DNA from: a virus
Lineage: Duplodnaviria > Heunggongvirae > Uroviricota > Caudoviricetes
Length of the DNA stretch: 17,265 bases
Direction: 5' to 3' (one strand)
Virus record (IMG/VR): IMGVR_UViG_2778261416_000002
Location: 1-17,265 of that record
Shown: one piece after another, positions 16,789-17,265 of the stretch
Layout of the letters: each line of letters starts with the position of its first letter
Position numbering within the stretch: the first letter of the stretch is position 1
The notes under the pieces: generated by a model
Seen by the model: only the letters and a program-made list of their open reading frames with translations
Database searches by the model: none
Told to the model about the DNA's origin: nothing
Position numbers and translations under genes: made by a program

Positions 16789-16947
16789 TATGCATAAGCC
16801 CTATCTCTGGTAACCGTCTTCCATTGACCACATCGATAGAATCCTCCTTCATAGCACGATGCCTTTCACTTATCGGCATCGTGCTCCCACAGGTTCCGGC
16901 TACGCACAGCCAGAACGCGCATATTTGACGCTTACCAAAAAATATTC

Positions 16948-17265
16948 TCACTCTCCACATTTGAATGTCAGACGAGCGACACCATGTAATCCTACACCTT
17001 CTGTCTTCAGCTCAACTATTTGCATTTTTTTGCCCTGAGTAACACAGAAATGAGTTGCATCATTTTTTACTATATTTTCTGCACCAGATATTCTGCCCCT
17101 GGCTAAAGAAGCTTCGGCTTCGGTGTAGTATTGGTTATCGAGTTTACGCTGAATATTACTTTTATATGCAAGACCAAATTTACCGATACTTGTCTCATCA
17201 TTATGCACAGCACAACCAGACATAATAAAAATACTAATTAATGATATAGCAGCTATCTTTTTCAT
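16948..17265 (-). CDS. yegR: Small lipoprotein YegR-like (signal peptide with lipobox, function unknown)
   Basis: Complete 105-aa ORF whose ATG is the last three bases of the window. The N-terminus MKKIAAISLISIFIMSGC has a signal peptide and lipobox cysteine. Position after the cyaR-linked P2-like element matches E. coli yegR. Confidence 0.7.
   Translation of the reverse strand: MKKIAAISLISIFIMSGCAVHNDETSIGKFGLAYKSNIQRKLDNQYYTEAEASLARGRISGAENIVKNDATHFCVTQGKKMQIVELKTEGVGLHGVARLTFKCGE

Noticed and set aside
16745-16960. 71-aa minus-strand ORF spanning attR and the yegR upstream region
   Set aside because: It crosses the att core and the prophage boundary, is Cys/Arg-rich and lacks a ribosome-binding site; most likely noise.
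1-17265. CRISPR arrays, insertion sequences, tRNA or rRNA genes
   Set aside because: I saw no regularly spaced short direct repeats, no transposase-like ORFs or terminal inverted repeats, and no tRNA-like cloverleaf candidates. The only RNA gene I can support is cyaR.

Overview
The window is a defective P2-like prophage (about 15.3 kb, 1507..16788) integrated into the 3' end of the sRNA gene cyaR, between host genes yegQ/trhP (1..1362) and yegR (16948..17265). It is bounded by a 27-bp direct repeat matching the P2 attachment core (1507..1533 and 16762..16788). Read on the reverse strand the order is the classic P2 map: int, C, cox, orf78, B, orf80-83, A, a cargo locus, cos, Q, P, O, N, [deletion], T C-terminus, U, D, ogr. 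Two things stand out. First, the variable locus between cos and gene A (where P2 itself carries old/tin) holds a single AT-rich 570-codon ORF with reverse-transcriptase motifs A, B and C and a long lysine-rich C-terminal extension; I read it as a stand-alone defence-type (Abi-P2/UG-Abi-like) RT. Second, a large internal deletion has fused the 5' part of capsid gene N in frame to the 3' part of tape-measure gene T, removing the small terminase, lysis, baseplate, tail-fibre, sheath and tube genes, while integration, immunity, replication, cos, portal and large terminase are kept. All protein identities come from my recollection of P2 and E. coli sequences plus synteny, not from a database search.
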